The notes beneath the pieces are model-generated. The model had not been told where the DNA came from. It searched no databases and was given only the letters and a program-made list of their open reading frames with translations. Positions 10,056 to 19,973 of a DNA stretch of 64,000 nt are shown here, piece by piece. Position 1 is the first letter of the stretch. Each line of letters starts with the position of its first letter. The stretch is from an uncultured Saprospiraceae bacterium. Its GTDB lineage: Bacteria > Bacteroidota > Bacteroidia > Chitinophagales > Saprospiraceae. The position numbers were made by a program, and so were the translations under genes. The stretch is taken from NCBI GenBank assembly GCA_964389475.1, contig CAYMFD010000001.1, positions 52,942 to 116,941 on the forward strand, written 5' to 3'.

Positions 10056-11489
10056 CTACTGTTCCCACCACCCCTTGCTATTAATATTGTCGCCACCGAT
10101 GCGAGCCACTGCATCCGCGTAGTTATCTGCATTAACGGCTTGCTCGCTCTCGGGGTAGAGGTAGCGGACAGGGTATAGGCCATTATTGAGGTTGTCAGGC
10201 CCCGGTGTCAGCGCAGGAAATCCAGTTCTGCGGATGTTAAACCAAGCTTCGTGACCATTGCTGATCAGCGATAACCACTTTTGCGTCATCAGGACTTGTA
10301 GGTCAGGGGTATCCGTGAGATCGACGAGTGGTCGACCAAAGAAGTCGGCAGGTACAGCTACACCGAGGTAGTCAAAGTGGGCCGTAACGGCACTGCGATA
10401 GTAAACCTCTACATCTCCGGTGATATAGCCTTTGAGTGCTGCCTCTGCTAGGGCAAACTGCTGCTCACTGTAGAGCATAAGCTGTGCATCGACACCATCC
10501 GCTACATCGCGGTAGATAGCTCCGAATAGAGAGACGTCTTGCAGATTAATACCCTGCGCCGTGATAGACTCTCGGCTCAAGCCATTGGGCATACCCTCAT
10601 ACATAGGCGTGCCAGCGATAGCAGAGGACTCCGACGGCTTGTACAGTACTGCCGCACGAGGATCGTCGGTGAGGTTTAGTAGCTCGGCCACTTGGTTCGT
10701 CATGCGGTGCTCTTGGTAGAGTCCTTGTGCCGCCTGTGACATCGGCCACTGGTTAGGTGCTGCCGCTAGGTAGGGAACGACGGCATTGTCGCTGTTGCCC
10801 GTCATCAGGTGACCACCATCTACCAGTGCCTGTAGCTGCGAGAAGTCACTGATTTGGCTACTGATACGTAGCGTATAGCGTACCTGTAGGGCATTCGCTA
10901 GTCGGACCCACTGATCGAGGTTGCCACCGTACATGGCATCACCATTGATGGTTGCCGTAGTCGTCGATAGGGTAGCCGCACTCTCTTCTAGGAGGACGAG
11001 GATACCTGTGACAGGATCGGTGTAGATTGATTCTTGCGTATCGTAAGCCGGCGTAGTATTGCCTTCGGCCGCCATGAGAGCCTCGGTATAGGGTACGTCA
11101 CCCCATAGGTCCGTGAGCTGGCTAAATATCCAAGCTTTGAGGATGTCGCCTACTGCGCCGTATGCCTCATTGCTACCGCCTACCGTCTGCATCGATTGTA
11201 TGTCGGCCAACAAGCCATAGAGCTGTCCCCAGTACGTGGCGTTGGTACCTAGCTCGTAGCGGTCGATCCGCTCAAACTCTACGCTAGCGGCAAACTGCGT
11301 GAGGTAGTTAGAGAGCCTAAAGCCCTGGTCGTATGTATTGAGATCCGTAGCCTCCGACAGTACATTGGTCAGTAGAAACTGAGGGTCGACCGTCTCTGGG
11401 GCATTGGGATTGGTATTAATCTCCTCGAAGCCACTGGTACATCCTACAAATAGTAGTATCGTGGCTAGAAATGTATATAATTTAGTCAT
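10056..11489 (-). CDS. SusD/RagB-family nutrient-binding outer-membrane lipoprotein
   Basis: Lipoprotein signal LLFVGCTSGFEEINTNPNAPE. The 477-aa size and position immediately downstream of a SusC gene fit the family. Confidence 0.8.
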   Translation of the reverse strand: MTKLYTFLATILLFVGCTSGFEEINTNPNAPETVDPQFLLTNVLSEATDLNTYDQGFRLSNYLTQFAASVEFERIDRYELGTNATYWGQLYGLLADIQSMQTVGGSNEAYGAVGDILKAWIFSQLTDLWGDVPYTEALMAAEGNTTPAYDTQESIYTDPVTGILVLLEESAATLSTTTATINGDAMYGGNLDQWVRLANALQVRYTLRISSQISDFSQLQALVDGGHLMTGNSDNAVVPYLAAAPNQWPMSQAAQGLYQEHRMTNQVAELLNLTDDPRAAVLYKPSESSAIAGTPMYEGMPNGLSRESITAQGINLQDVSLFGAIYRDVADGVDAQLMLYSEQQFALAEAALKGYITGDVEVYYRSAVTAHFDYLGVAVPADFFGRPLVDLTDTPDLQVLMTQKWLSLISNGHEAWFNIRRTGFPALTPGPDNLNNGLYPVRYLYPESEQAVNADNYADAVARIGGDNINSKGWWEQ

Positions 11490-11510
11490 GTCGTAATCTG
11501 TTGTGTGGGC

Positions 11511-14500
11511 TTAGAATGAGGATTTGAGGCTGAGTCCGATAGACCGCGTAGATGGATAAGACATATCCTCTACACCATAGGTGAAGTTGCGTTCTTGGAC
11601 ATTATTGAGCTCAGGGTCAAAGTGTGGGTTCTCCGTAAATAGCAGGAGGTTGTTACCTATGATACCCAGTTTCAGATCCTGAATGCCGATTCGCTGTGAC
11701 CACTCACTAGGGAAGTCGTAGTAGATGGCCAGTTGACGCAGCTTGATGTAAGAGGCATCGTATAGGGCAGACGCTTCATTACCTCTGTCAAAGAAGTTGT
11801 TGTAGTAGCTTGATGCCGCCACGACCGTTGTATTAGGGACGTAGTTTGGACTTTCGTCAGTACCGATATTCATCACGCCTTCGCCGATGAGGCCATCTTC
11901 ACGACCGACGAGGGTCTCGGCTAGTACACCACTAGTGCTACCGAGTGCCTTACTACGAGATACGATCGTACCACCATAGCGCCAGTCAAATAAGAAGTTT
12001 ATCGTCAGGTCTTTATACCTGAACTCGTTGCCTAGGCCTAAACTAAAGTCTGGATTGTAGTTACCGAGTAGTCGTAGTGTACCGTCTTGGACTGGTAGTC
12101 CGTTGGCGCCGTGTAGGACCTGTCCGTCGATCTCTACAAAACCAGTGCCGTACATATCACCGACGAGACCGTCTTCTCTAGCGATGTAGAATACCGTGTT
12201 GGACCCGCCGCCGCCACCGAAGATGCGAGCCTCACCAGTTACGAATTGGTCGACACCCTCTGGGAGAGCCGTGACCCTACTGCGGTAGCTTGAGAAGTTA
12301 GCCGTCGTAGACCACGAGAAGTCCGACGTCTCAATGATCCGACCACGTACGCTAGCCTCTAGGCCTCTCGTCTGCACTTCACCACCATTTTCGATGGCAT
12401 TGCTAAATCCAGTTGCCGTAGAGATCGGTCGACCGATGATCTGATTGATACTTGTATTCTGGTAGACGGTTAGCTCTGTCTGTAGTCTGCTCCCTGCAAA
12501 CCATGCCTCGACGCCGGCCTCTAAGGCATTGAGTCGTTCTGGCCTTAGATTAGCATTATTGAGGACAGACTCATTCGTCAGCCTGAAGTCCGATCCATAG
12601 TTTTGGTTAAACTGAAAGGTGTTGTTGAGTTGGTAAGGGTCCGTGTCATTACCGGCACTCGATGCATTAAATCGTACTTTGAGAAAGGACATCGCATCGG
12701 GTAGATTCATAGCCTCACTCACGATGTAACTAGCACCTGCCGAGTAATAGGCGAATGAGTTGTTTTCCGCAGGCAGGGTACTACTCCAGTCGTTACGTAC
12801 AGTAAGATCGAGGTAGAGGCTATTGCCAAAGCTCACATTACCGACACCATAGATACTGTTGATACGTTTTGTAAATACTTCACTCGTGCTTACAAGAGGG
12901 TTACGGCTATTTGCCAGACTGTAGATGCTCGGGATCGCTAGTTGCGATGCTTCTGCAAACTGATAGTCGACCTCTTGGTCAAACCTATTGGCTCCAGCAG
13001 ATACACTGTATCGGATATCTGAAGCGATTTGGTCTTTATAGGTCACGAGTATATCGCTGTTGATCTCACTGTATTGGATGACGTCCTCTCTGTAACTTCC
13101 GAAAGGATTTCTGTTGGTACTGACGGCTCTACGGAATGCACGGTTGTCGTTGTAGCGATCTACACCAGATCGTACACGTACACTTAGCTTGTCCGTCACA
13201 TCATAGGTAGCAGCTGCATTACCGAAGAATCTGTTTTTATTGAAGCTATTCGTATTTTCGAAAAGGGTCATGTAGGGATTGGTCAGCCAAAGGTAGTTGA
13301 TGTCGAAGTGCTGGCTGTCTTCTTGACCTGCTTGCCAGTAATCTCTCATCGCTGCGATGTCCGCCTGGCGTCCCGTCCAGTTAAAACCATACATGACATT
13401 TTCATAACCATAACCTAGATTGGGTCGGTTGCTGCTACGACTATTGACGTAATTAACATAGCCATCGACCTTGAGGCGCTTATGTAGCATCTGGTCAAAA
13501 CTCAGGGCCATACCGTCTCGCTTAAGGTCCGTATTAGGCAGGACTCCCTTGTTGCGTAGGTTGTTGTAGGCTACTCTGATGCCACCCGTCTCGGTGCGGT
13601 TGCTGACGGCAAAGTTATTTTGACTCGTAACGCCGGTCTCGAAGAAGTTACGGACGTTATCAGGTCTCGAAATCCATGGGGTAGGTGTGATATCGGTAAA
13701 GCTACCATCCGGTCTAGTCCTAGCGATGATGTCACCACCTCTTACGGGATTACCATTGAGGTCTACCGATGGGCTCGTAAACTGTGCTATCTCGAGGCCA
13801 GTATCTAGAGCGGGCCCATAGCTGGCTAGTCCACCATCACGTACACCAGCACCAGCGCCATTGACGAAGCTATATTCGCCATTGGTACCCCCACCATATA
13901 CATTCTGATAGTCGGGTAGGGTGAGTAGGCTCTCGACGGTGAGGCTATTGCTCATCGTGATACCTAGTCCTTTTTTGGCTTCACCTTTTTTGGTCGTGAT
14001 AAGTACCACACCATTGGCTGCTCTTGAGCCATATAGAGCCGCTGATCCCGCGCCTTTGAGTACGGAGACAGACTCGATATCGTCAGGGCTGATCTCGCTG
14101 AGACCATTACCGAAGTCTACTTCCTGTAAGGCCCCATTGTTACTGAGGTCACTGGCGATCATACGATTACTGATAGGCACGCCATCTACGACGATGAGTG
14201 GCTGGTTATTACTACTGAGGGAGTTCTCACCACGGATGATGATACGGCTGGATGATCCTACGCCTGAGCTACCATTGGTGATCTGTACCCCAGCTACTTG
14301 ACCCGCAAGGCTGTTGACGATGTTGGGCATCGGTACTTCAGTCAGTTGGCGACCATCTAACTGCTCGACGCTACTGGACAGTGCTTTTCGTGATCGCTTG
14401 ATACCAAGAGCGGTGACGACGACTTCGTTGAGCTGATTGGCGTCTGTGGCCAGGAGTATGCTGGTTGGTAATGCCTTGTCGACAGTCATCACCATGTCTT

Positions 14501-14720
14501 GCATACCTAGGTAGGTGATCTTAAAGGTAGCTGGTGCTGCCGCCTCCAGAGAAAATCGTCCATCTACATCGGAGATCGTAAAGACTCCTTGGTCCACGGC
14601 CTCTATCGAAGCGCCTATAACAGGCAGGCCTTCGCTATCGAGCAGCTGCGATGAGTAGGTCTGCTGTGCTTGTATGGTCGTGATCCATGTCAAGAGCAGC
14701 AGAGAGAGTATTTGTTTCAT
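11511..14720 (-). CDS. SusC/RagA-family TonB-dependent outer-membrane transporter
   Basis: 1069 aa. It has a signal peptide, an N-terminal carboxypeptidase-regulatory-like domain, a TonB plug (ALQGRVAGVQIT-like), and a C-terminal beta-barrel ending in an aromatic residue. Confidence 0.9.
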   Translation of the reverse strand: MKQILSLLLLTWITTIQAQQTYSSQLLDSEGLPVIGASIEAVDQGVFTISDVDGRFSLEAAAPATFKITYLGMQDMVMTVDKALPTSILLATDANQLNEVVVTALGIKRSRKALSSSVEQLDGRQLTEVPMPNIVNSLAGQVAGVQITNGSSGVGSSSRIIIRGENSLSSNNQPLIVVDGVPISNRMIASDLSNNGALQEVDFGNGLSEISPDDIESVSVLKGAGSAALYGSRAANGVVLITTKKGEAKKGLGITMSNSLTVESLLTLPDYQNVYGGGTNGEYSFVNGAGAGVRDGGLASYGPALDTGLEIAQFTSPSVDLNGNPVRGGDIIARTRPDGSFTDITPTPWISRPDNVRNFFETGVTSQNNFAVSNRTETGGIRVAYNNLRNKGVLPNTDLKRDGMALSFDQMLHKRLKVDGYVNYVNSRSSNRPNLGYGYENVMYGFNWTGRQADIAAMRDYWQAGQEDSQHFDINYLWLTNPYMTLFENTNSFNKNRFFGNAAATYDVTDKLSVRVRSGVDRYNDNRAFRRAVSTNRNPFGSYREDVIQYSEINSDILVTYKDQIASDIRYSVSAGANRFDQEVDYQFAEASQLAIPSIYSLANSRNPLVSTSEVFTKRINSIYGVGNVSFGNSLYLDLTVRNDWSSTLPAENNSFAYYSAGASYIVSEAMNLPDAMSFLKVRFNASSAGNDTDPYQLNNTFQFNQNYGSDFRLTNESVLNNANLRPERLNALEAGVEAWFAGSRLQTELTVYQNTSINQIIGRPISTATGFSNAIENGGEVQTRGLEASVRGRIIETSDFSWSTTANFSSYRSRVTALPEGVDQFVTGEARIFGGGGGSNTVFYIAREDGLVGDMYGTGFVEIDGQVLHGANGLPVQDGTLRLLGNYNPDFSLGLGNEFRYKDLTINFLFDWRYGGTIVSRSKALGSTSGVLAETLVGREDGLIGEGVMNIGTDESPNYVPNTTVVAASSYYNNFFDRGNEASALYDASYIKLRQLAIYYDFPSEWSQRIGIQDLKLGIIGNNLLLFTENPHFDPELNNVQERNFTYGVEDMSYPSTRSIGLSLKSSF

Positions 14721-14799
14721 AAGTAAACTTGAAAAAAGAGAGAGAAAGCGTTTATTATCAAAATGTATAGAGCTAGCCGTAACTAACTGTAAGAATATC

Positions 14800-15786
14800 T
14801 TAGTAAGCCAGCACGAGGTCAGTCGCCTGCTTGAGTAATTTTTGTCGCTGCTCGAGGCTAGCCTGCAGTGGTAGCTGCGCTAGGCCGATGAGCCGACGTA
14901 TGATTTCGCCACCAGCAAAAGCATTCACTTGAGCGCCGTCAACGTCGATGGCTTTTGTATAGCGAGCTAGACTGTGGTTGATATTGGCATTTGGTTGATG
15001 TGCCATCATCAGATGGGCCTTCATCACACCGATCTCAAACTCTCGGCGACCGTGATGACCGAACTCTGGGTCTATCACATAGGTCTTGCCATCTACATCT
15101 AGCCAGCTGCCGAGGAAGTAGTCGCCATGTAGTAGGGTATGACCGTCCTCAAGGTATGTACGTCCCAACTGGGCCATCTTGGACTTCAGCGTTGTATTTT
15201 TTCTTAAATCGGATGCTACCGACTGGAGACCATCGCATACCTGATCGAGGTCCAGGCCATTGTTATCTAAGAGTGGATAGACGTACATATGCTCATGATT
15301 GAGCTGGCGCATGGCGGTATTGCTGATTTTGCTCTCTGCCGTAGGCTCATGTCTACTATGCAAGGCGATGAGGTAGTCGACAAGATCGTCGAGGACAGTA
15401 GTATCGATGACATTGTGGCTGGTATAGTAGCTGGCATAGTCTGTGGACTTGCCTAAGTCCTCCATGATCAAGATATTGTTAGCAGGATCAGCCAGCAGTA
15501 TGGTAGGCATACGCTGTGCTAGACCCTCATCCGCTTGTATCGCTTGGTAGAAGGCTGCCTCTTGCATGGCTCTATCTGCCGGAGCGGCTACTTGTGGATA
15601 TTTCTCTACGTAGTCACGACTCTGCTTCACGATAAAGGACCGCTCGCTAGTGGTCACTCTTAGCGTGAAGTTCATATTGCCATCACCTGGGATAGCTAGT
15701 GCTACAATATCTTCTGCTGATCGTAGAAAATCGATGCTCGCGAGGTAGTCCCGCACCGTATCCGTAGAATGCTTGAGTAAGATCAT
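14800..15786 (-). CDS. APH-family phosphotransferase, methylthioribose-kinase (MtnK)-like
   Basis: N-terminal PGDGNMNFTLRV...IVKQS resembles the MtnK GDGNLNxVF...IxKQA block. The catalytic loop LLHGDYFLGSWL and VIDPEFG match the APH Brenner and DFG-like motifs. It overlaps the upstream hydrolase gene by 4 bp. Confidence 0.6.
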   Translation of the reverse strand: MILLKHSTDTVRDYLASIDFLRSAEDIVALAIPGDGNMNFTLRVTTSERSFIVKQSRDYVEKYPQVAAPADRAMQEAAFYQAIQADEGLAQRMPTILLADPANNILIMEDLGKSTDYASYYTSHNVIDTTVLDDLVDYLIALHSRHEPTAESKISNTAMRQLNHEHMYVYPLLDNNGLDLDQVCDGLQSVASDLRKNTTLKSKMAQLGRTYLEDGHTLLHGDYFLGSWLDVDGKTYVIDPEFGHHGRREFEIGVMKAHLMMAHQPNANINHSLARYTKAIDVDGAQVNAFAGGEIIRRLIGLAQLPLQASLEQRQKLLKQATDLVLAY

Positions 15787-16841
15787 CGATTGAAGGTAGC
15801 TAGTAGTTTGTTATGATAATCGGGTACCACATCATGACAGTAGGTGACAGCGCTACCGCTTTTGTTATCCGTGCAGAGGAGGTAGTTTTTATAAATGGTC
15901 TGCTGATCTCCCTTGGTATCGTCGGGGTGTAGTTGCATGGTAGCGTATAGGTCTTCTGCGATGATGTCTTCGGGGTAGAGGAGGTAGTGACTAGCTAGTA
16001 CATCGAAGGGGTTAAAGCCATCAGCACCCATCTGCTGCCACTGCGCCAGCCATGGACGACTGGACTGCGCGAGCCATTTGGCCGCTGGTGTCTGCGCCTC
16101 TAGGTAGTCTAGGTCTTCCGACTTGATCCATACCTTATGCGATATTTCGAACGGGCATAGCGTCACGGGTACACCACTGTCTAGCAGTACCTGGAAGGCT
16201 GCATTGTCTAGGTCAAAGTTGAGGTCTTGAAATCGTCGATCTCCATCGCCAGCCTCGAAGTAGTCTTGTGCTGTCCGTCGGCCAGCTACCAGTATGACCT
16301 CGAGGATGTTTTCGCTCACTTCTGGGTAAAGCATGAGGAGTAGGCCCACATTGGTCGCAGGGCCTATCGCTAGTATTTTTTGTGGTCCCTTGCGTAGAGA
16401 GGCTGCCATGGCCTCCACTGCGGCGTTGCTTTCTACCTTTTTGATGTCAATCGGCTCACCCGCCCCTTTAGATACACTGATCGGGTAGGTGCTGTACTTG
16501 CTCACCATTTCTTGGCAGAGCGGGTAGGCATTTTCGATCGTGGTATTACCATAGACGGCAGAGATACCTGTGATGTGGACCTTGGGGCTCTGTAGTAGTT
16601 GGAGGATGGCGTAACCGTCATCTACATCGCTGTACCCTGGTCGGCGGATGTTCTTCATACCCACGGCTAGGTCGGCATCGATCCACACCGGTTGAGGGGT
16701 TGTATCTTGTTGCGTTGCCGCATTGTCGGTAGTTGTTACGTCCTGCATGCCAGACTCAGCGGTGGACGGTGGAGGCGAGCATTGAGTTAAGGCGATAGCC
16801 ACAATAGTATAGGCTAGAGCCCGTAAGAGATTACGAAGCAT
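15783..16841 (-). CDS. Nucleoside hydrolase (inosine-uridine preferring IUNH family), secreted or lipoprotein
   Basis: VWIDADLAVGMKNIRRPGYSDVDDGYAIL carries the N-terminal Asp cluster (DxDxxxDD) of IU nucleoside hydrolases. It has a signal peptide with a possible lipobox (TQCS). Confidence 0.8.
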   Translation of the reverse strand: MLRNLLRALAYTIVAIALTQCSPPPSTAESGMQDVTTTDNAATQQDTTPQPVWIDADLAVGMKNIRRPGYSDVDDGYAILQLLQSPKVHITGISAVYGNTTIENAYPLCQEMVSKYSTYPISVSKGAGEPIDIKKVESNAAVEAMAASLRKGPQKILAIGPATNVGLLLMLYPEVSENILEVILVAGRRTAQDYFEAGDGDRRFQDLNFDLDNAAFQVLLDSGVPVTLCPFEISHKVWIKSEDLDYLEAQTPAAKWLAQSSRPWLAQWQQMGADGFNPFDVLASHYLLYPEDIIAEDLYATMQLHPDDTKGDQQTIYKNYLLCTDNKSGSAVTYCHDVVPDYHNKLLATFNR

Positions 16842-16888
16842 AGTACTGTATTGATAATGTAATAAGGGTGGTAAAGGGGTACGACTGT

Positions 16889-17569
16889 CTAGGCGGCGAT
16901 CGCTGGTGGCCCACGTTGTAGGCTGTAAAATATACGTCGACGATGCGTGACAAGCGAGTCGTGGCGCAGGATACTGCGTTTCGCTATGGTCAGTGAAAGA
17001 AGGTGCGACGCTAGCGGGCCACTGATCTCTTTGTAATAGATGCTGCGAGAGATGTCACCTGCATTGTTTATGTCAGTCTGTATACCTAGGGTCAGGCAGG
17101 TATGCTGGGCTGATAGGTCGCGATAGACGTTCTTGGTCTGCCACTGTATACTAGACCAGTCGATGTTACTATAGGTAGTCCGGGTCAGGCCTATCAGATA
17201 GACGCCTCCCCTGCGATCGGGACCGAGTACTAGACCAGTCTCTCTTACTCTGCTAGCGGCGGTATGTAGACTCTCGACAGTCAGTCCCGGGCAGTCGGCA
17301 CCGACGACGATGGTAGATTCGTAGCTAGATAGAACATCTGCGATGGCATGGCTGATGCGGTCTCCGAAGGTTGAGCCTTGTTGTAGGCTGTCGTCGACTA
17401 GGATGTAGTCGTATCCACTAGCCTGCACGGTACGTATGGTTCGCTCTAGGAGTCGGGTTGACAACTGTGTGCCTGCTCGCTCAGATAAGAGCCGCCACTT
17501 ACGCTGAGCTTCGGCTCTGGTACGTCGTGCAAATATGAGTATGGCAGTTTGACTATTCACTAATGACAA
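16889..17569 (-). CDS. DUF2064-family protein (nucleotidyltransferase or glycosyltransferase-like fold)
   Basis: N-terminal AILIFARRTRAEAQRK and an internal GADCPGL match the DUF2064 / CofC-like pattern. The call is tentative. Confidence 0.5.
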   Translation of the reverse strand: MSLVNSQTAILIFARRTRAEAQRKWRLLSERAGTQLSTRLLERTIRTVQASGYDYILVDDSLQQGSTFGDRISHAIADVLSSYESTIVVGADCPGLTVESLHTAASRVRETGLVLGPDRRGGVYLIGLTRTTYSNIDWSSIQWQTKNVYRDLSAQHTCLTLGIQTDINNAGDISRSIYYKEISGPLASHLLSLTIAKRSILRHDSLVTHRRRIFYSLQRGPPAIAA

Positions 17570-17831
17570 CGAATGTAGTGAATGTGGATCGGACTAGCGC
17601 TATTGCTACCGTCGGGATGCAGGCAGATCCAACTTAATCGGACGATTGCACTTTATAAATAAGAGCTGGCGGTACTTATCTCACTGCTTTCGACACCGAA
17701 ACCCTTATTGCAAATAAGGATTATTTAACAAGTTTTGCATAGTTGAAAAATGGGAATTCTGTTACTTTTCCCTCAAGTACGAGATGTGTATTTCGTTGAT
17801 TATTAACTATCTAGTCAATTTTTGAACAACT

Positions 17832-19283
17832 ATGAGAATAGTATTAAATTTTTTGCCATTAGCTTTATTGTTTACAGCTGCCTTTTTGATGACGTCATGT
17901 GAAGACGATGAGCCGATGAATGATGATCCGATGGGTGACGGCACCAGTTTAGATGACGGCCTATACCTTACGCTAGAAGGCCAGGATCCAGTGGCCGCAG
18001 CTATTATGACCGCAGAAGTAGTGGAAGATGAGGGCTTTGCTTCTCAGGACAGAAGCGGCTTTGTAGCAGGTTACATGTGGCTAGAGGCTGGCGATTACAA
18101 TGTGGTATCTATATCTGATAATGAGGTAGCTGCTACCATAGGCGGTAGTGCGGCGACGATCACGGACGATGGTTCTGCATGTGACTTTAATGACTATACC
18201 TTAGTTACTACAGAAACAGATGGGCCTGCCTTCACTGTAGGTACAAGTGGGTTTTACAAAGTCTCGCACGATGCTACGACGTCAGAGCTCATCTTTCTCC
18301 CTATCGAATCGGTAGCTATCATCGGATCTGCAACACCTGGCGATTGGTCGAGTGATACGCCGCTGACAGGTGCCGCTACTGCAGATGGAGCCACATACAC
18401 GGCTGAAGGTATAACGCTAAAGACTGGAGACTGGAAAGTAAGATTTAACTGTCGTTGGACGATGAACAGACGTATCGACCCTGCTGGTTCGCTAAGTGAT
18501 GCTACTAATGGTTATCAAGCTTTTACCAACTTTGGAGGAGCAGCTGACAACTTGGTGCCAGGTGGTGCTGATATCTCTCTTGAAGAGGGTGGAGAGTATA
18601 CTGTCACAATAAGTTGGACTACTGCTGATGGTTGGGTTGCTAGCCTTGAGAAGACAGGTGATGGTATGACAAGCACATTTAATCCAGATGACTTCCGCAT
18701 GGCAGTAGTCGGAGATGCTACAGCTGGAGGATGGGGTGATGCAGCCTCAGGACAACTAGATCAAAACCTTGTGCATAAAGAAGCCAATGGCGTACATACT
18801 TGGTATGGCGTCGTTACTTTCGGTGATTCTGGTCAGTACAAGTTTAGAGCTAACGATGACTGGGCATTTGACCTAGGTGGTGACCTCGCCAACCTTACAC
18901 AGGGTGGTGACAATATTACGCCTGATGCGCCTGGTGCTTACTATGTACAATTGTCTACTGCTGATGAAGGTACGACTTGGTCTGCGACAGTTGAGCCAGG
19001 CGGTTGGTCCGTGATCGGTGAAGGTTCGCCACAGGGTAACTGGGATGGCGATATGCTCCTAAATGCTGACGGCTTCGTCGATGGTATTACTACATACTCT
19101 CTCACGGGTAACTTTACAACAGCTGCTTGGAAGTTCAGAGCCGGTGCAGATTGGCCGCTCAACCTAGGAGGTGATCTAGGTGCTCTCAGTGTAGATGGTG
19201 ATGATATAGTACTAGGTGCTGGCGGTGAGTTCACCGTTAGACTATCATTTGACGGCGAGTCTTACAGCGCAACTGTCGAGTAA
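17832..19283 (+). CDS. SusE/SusF-like outer-membrane lipoprotein with three tandem beta-sandwich repeats
   Basis: Lipoprotein signal (LMTSCEDDEP). Three internal repeats of about 90 aa are each centred on a GDW or GGW motif (TPGDWSSDTPL, AGGWGDAASGQL, PQGNWDGDML). It is convergent with a GH13 amylase. Confidence 0.4.
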   Translation: MRIVLNFLPLALLFTAAFLMTSCEDDEPMNDDPMGDGTSLDDGLYLTLEGQDPVAAAIMTAEVVEDEGFASQDRSGFVAGYMWLEAGDYNVVSISDNEVAATIGGSAATITDDGSACDFNDYTLVTTETDGPAFTVGTSGFYKVSHDATTSELIFLPIESVAIIGSATPGDWSSDTPLTGAATADGATYTAEGITLKTGDWKVRFNCRWTMNRRIDPAGSLSDATNGYQAFTNFGGAADNLVPGGADISLEEGGEYTVTISWTTADGWVASLEKTGDGMTSTFNPDDFRMAVVGDATAGGWGDAASGQLDQNLVHKEANGVHTWYGVVTFGDSGQYKFRANDDWAFDLGGDLANLTQGGDNITPDAPGAYYVQLSTADEGTTWSATVEPGGWSVIGEGSPQGNWDGDMLLNADGFVDGITTYSLTGNFTTAAWKFRAGADWPLNLGGDLGALSVDGDDIVLGAGGEFTVRLSFDGESYSATVE

Positions 19284-19320
19284 GATATAGCTGATGCTAG
19301 TTTACTAGTATGAAAAATAT

Positions 19321-19360
19321 GGGGCTCTCTGATCTGATGATCAGAGAGCCTCTTTTTTTT
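19321..19360 (+). terminator. Rho-independent terminator
   Basis: A perfect 12-bp stem GGCTCTCTGATC / GATCAGAGAGCC spans 19323 to 19350 and is followed by TCTTTTTTTT. Confidence 0.7.
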
Positions 19361-19508
19361 GCTCTAGGTTTTTGAGTGGGTGCAAATGCTTACATTTTGA
19401 TTCAAAAGCAGAGCCTGTAGGCCGTGGTGTACTTATCTATTGTTGGGAAGAAGATACAGCGAATTGTTTCAGGTGGATGTAAAGTGATCGGCTGCATATA
19501 ATTATCTC

Positions 19509-19678
19509 TCGCTGTACCGAGCTAGAGCAAGAGTCGACAAAATGTGCGATTTTTCATGTGAGTCCGTAATCAGCTACTGTGACAGAATAGAGTGGCGATT
19601 GCCAATAGGTTTTAATACCCCGTGCCTTAGAAAAATAAGAGCAATTTTGACACGACTCTAGATCGGTCTTGACTTGAT
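19509..19678. repeat. Dispersed ~170-bp element with terminal inverted repeats, copy A (MITE-like or structured RNA)
   Basis: The 5' end ...AGAGTCGACAAAATGTGCGATTTTTCA and the 3' end GAAAAATAAGAGCAATTTTGACACGACTCT are near-identical to the copy at 27073..27238. The ends are mutually complementary (AGAGTCG/CGACTCT, ATTTTTC/GAAAAAT). The ~70-bp middle is divergent. Confidence 0.6.
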
Positions 19679-19973
19679 AGACCGTAGTAATTGATGTGGG
19701 TTTATTGCACTGCGGGTAGAACCGCACAGCGCTAACATAGACACATTAAATGTCCCAAAGAAGGCTATGCATTGAGCGAAGCCGTCATGCCTTGTATTGA
19801 GCGAAGTCGAAATGCGCCGTGCTGAGCTCTTTGTCGAAGTATGGTTCGTTTTTTGGCAGCGCAAAAAATGAACTACCAGTCACGCTTGTGCTGGGTGGTA
19901 AGTGCCAAGCTTATCGATGGAGTCATTTACTTTTGAATAGCCCTTTGCAAGACCACTAGCCCCACTTACCTAT

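Noticed and set aside
13620-14301. Antisense ORFs of 62 and 126 aa inside the SusC gene
   Set aside because: They lie entirely within a well-supported 1069-aa CDS on the opposite strand and have proline/serine-rich low-complexity translations.
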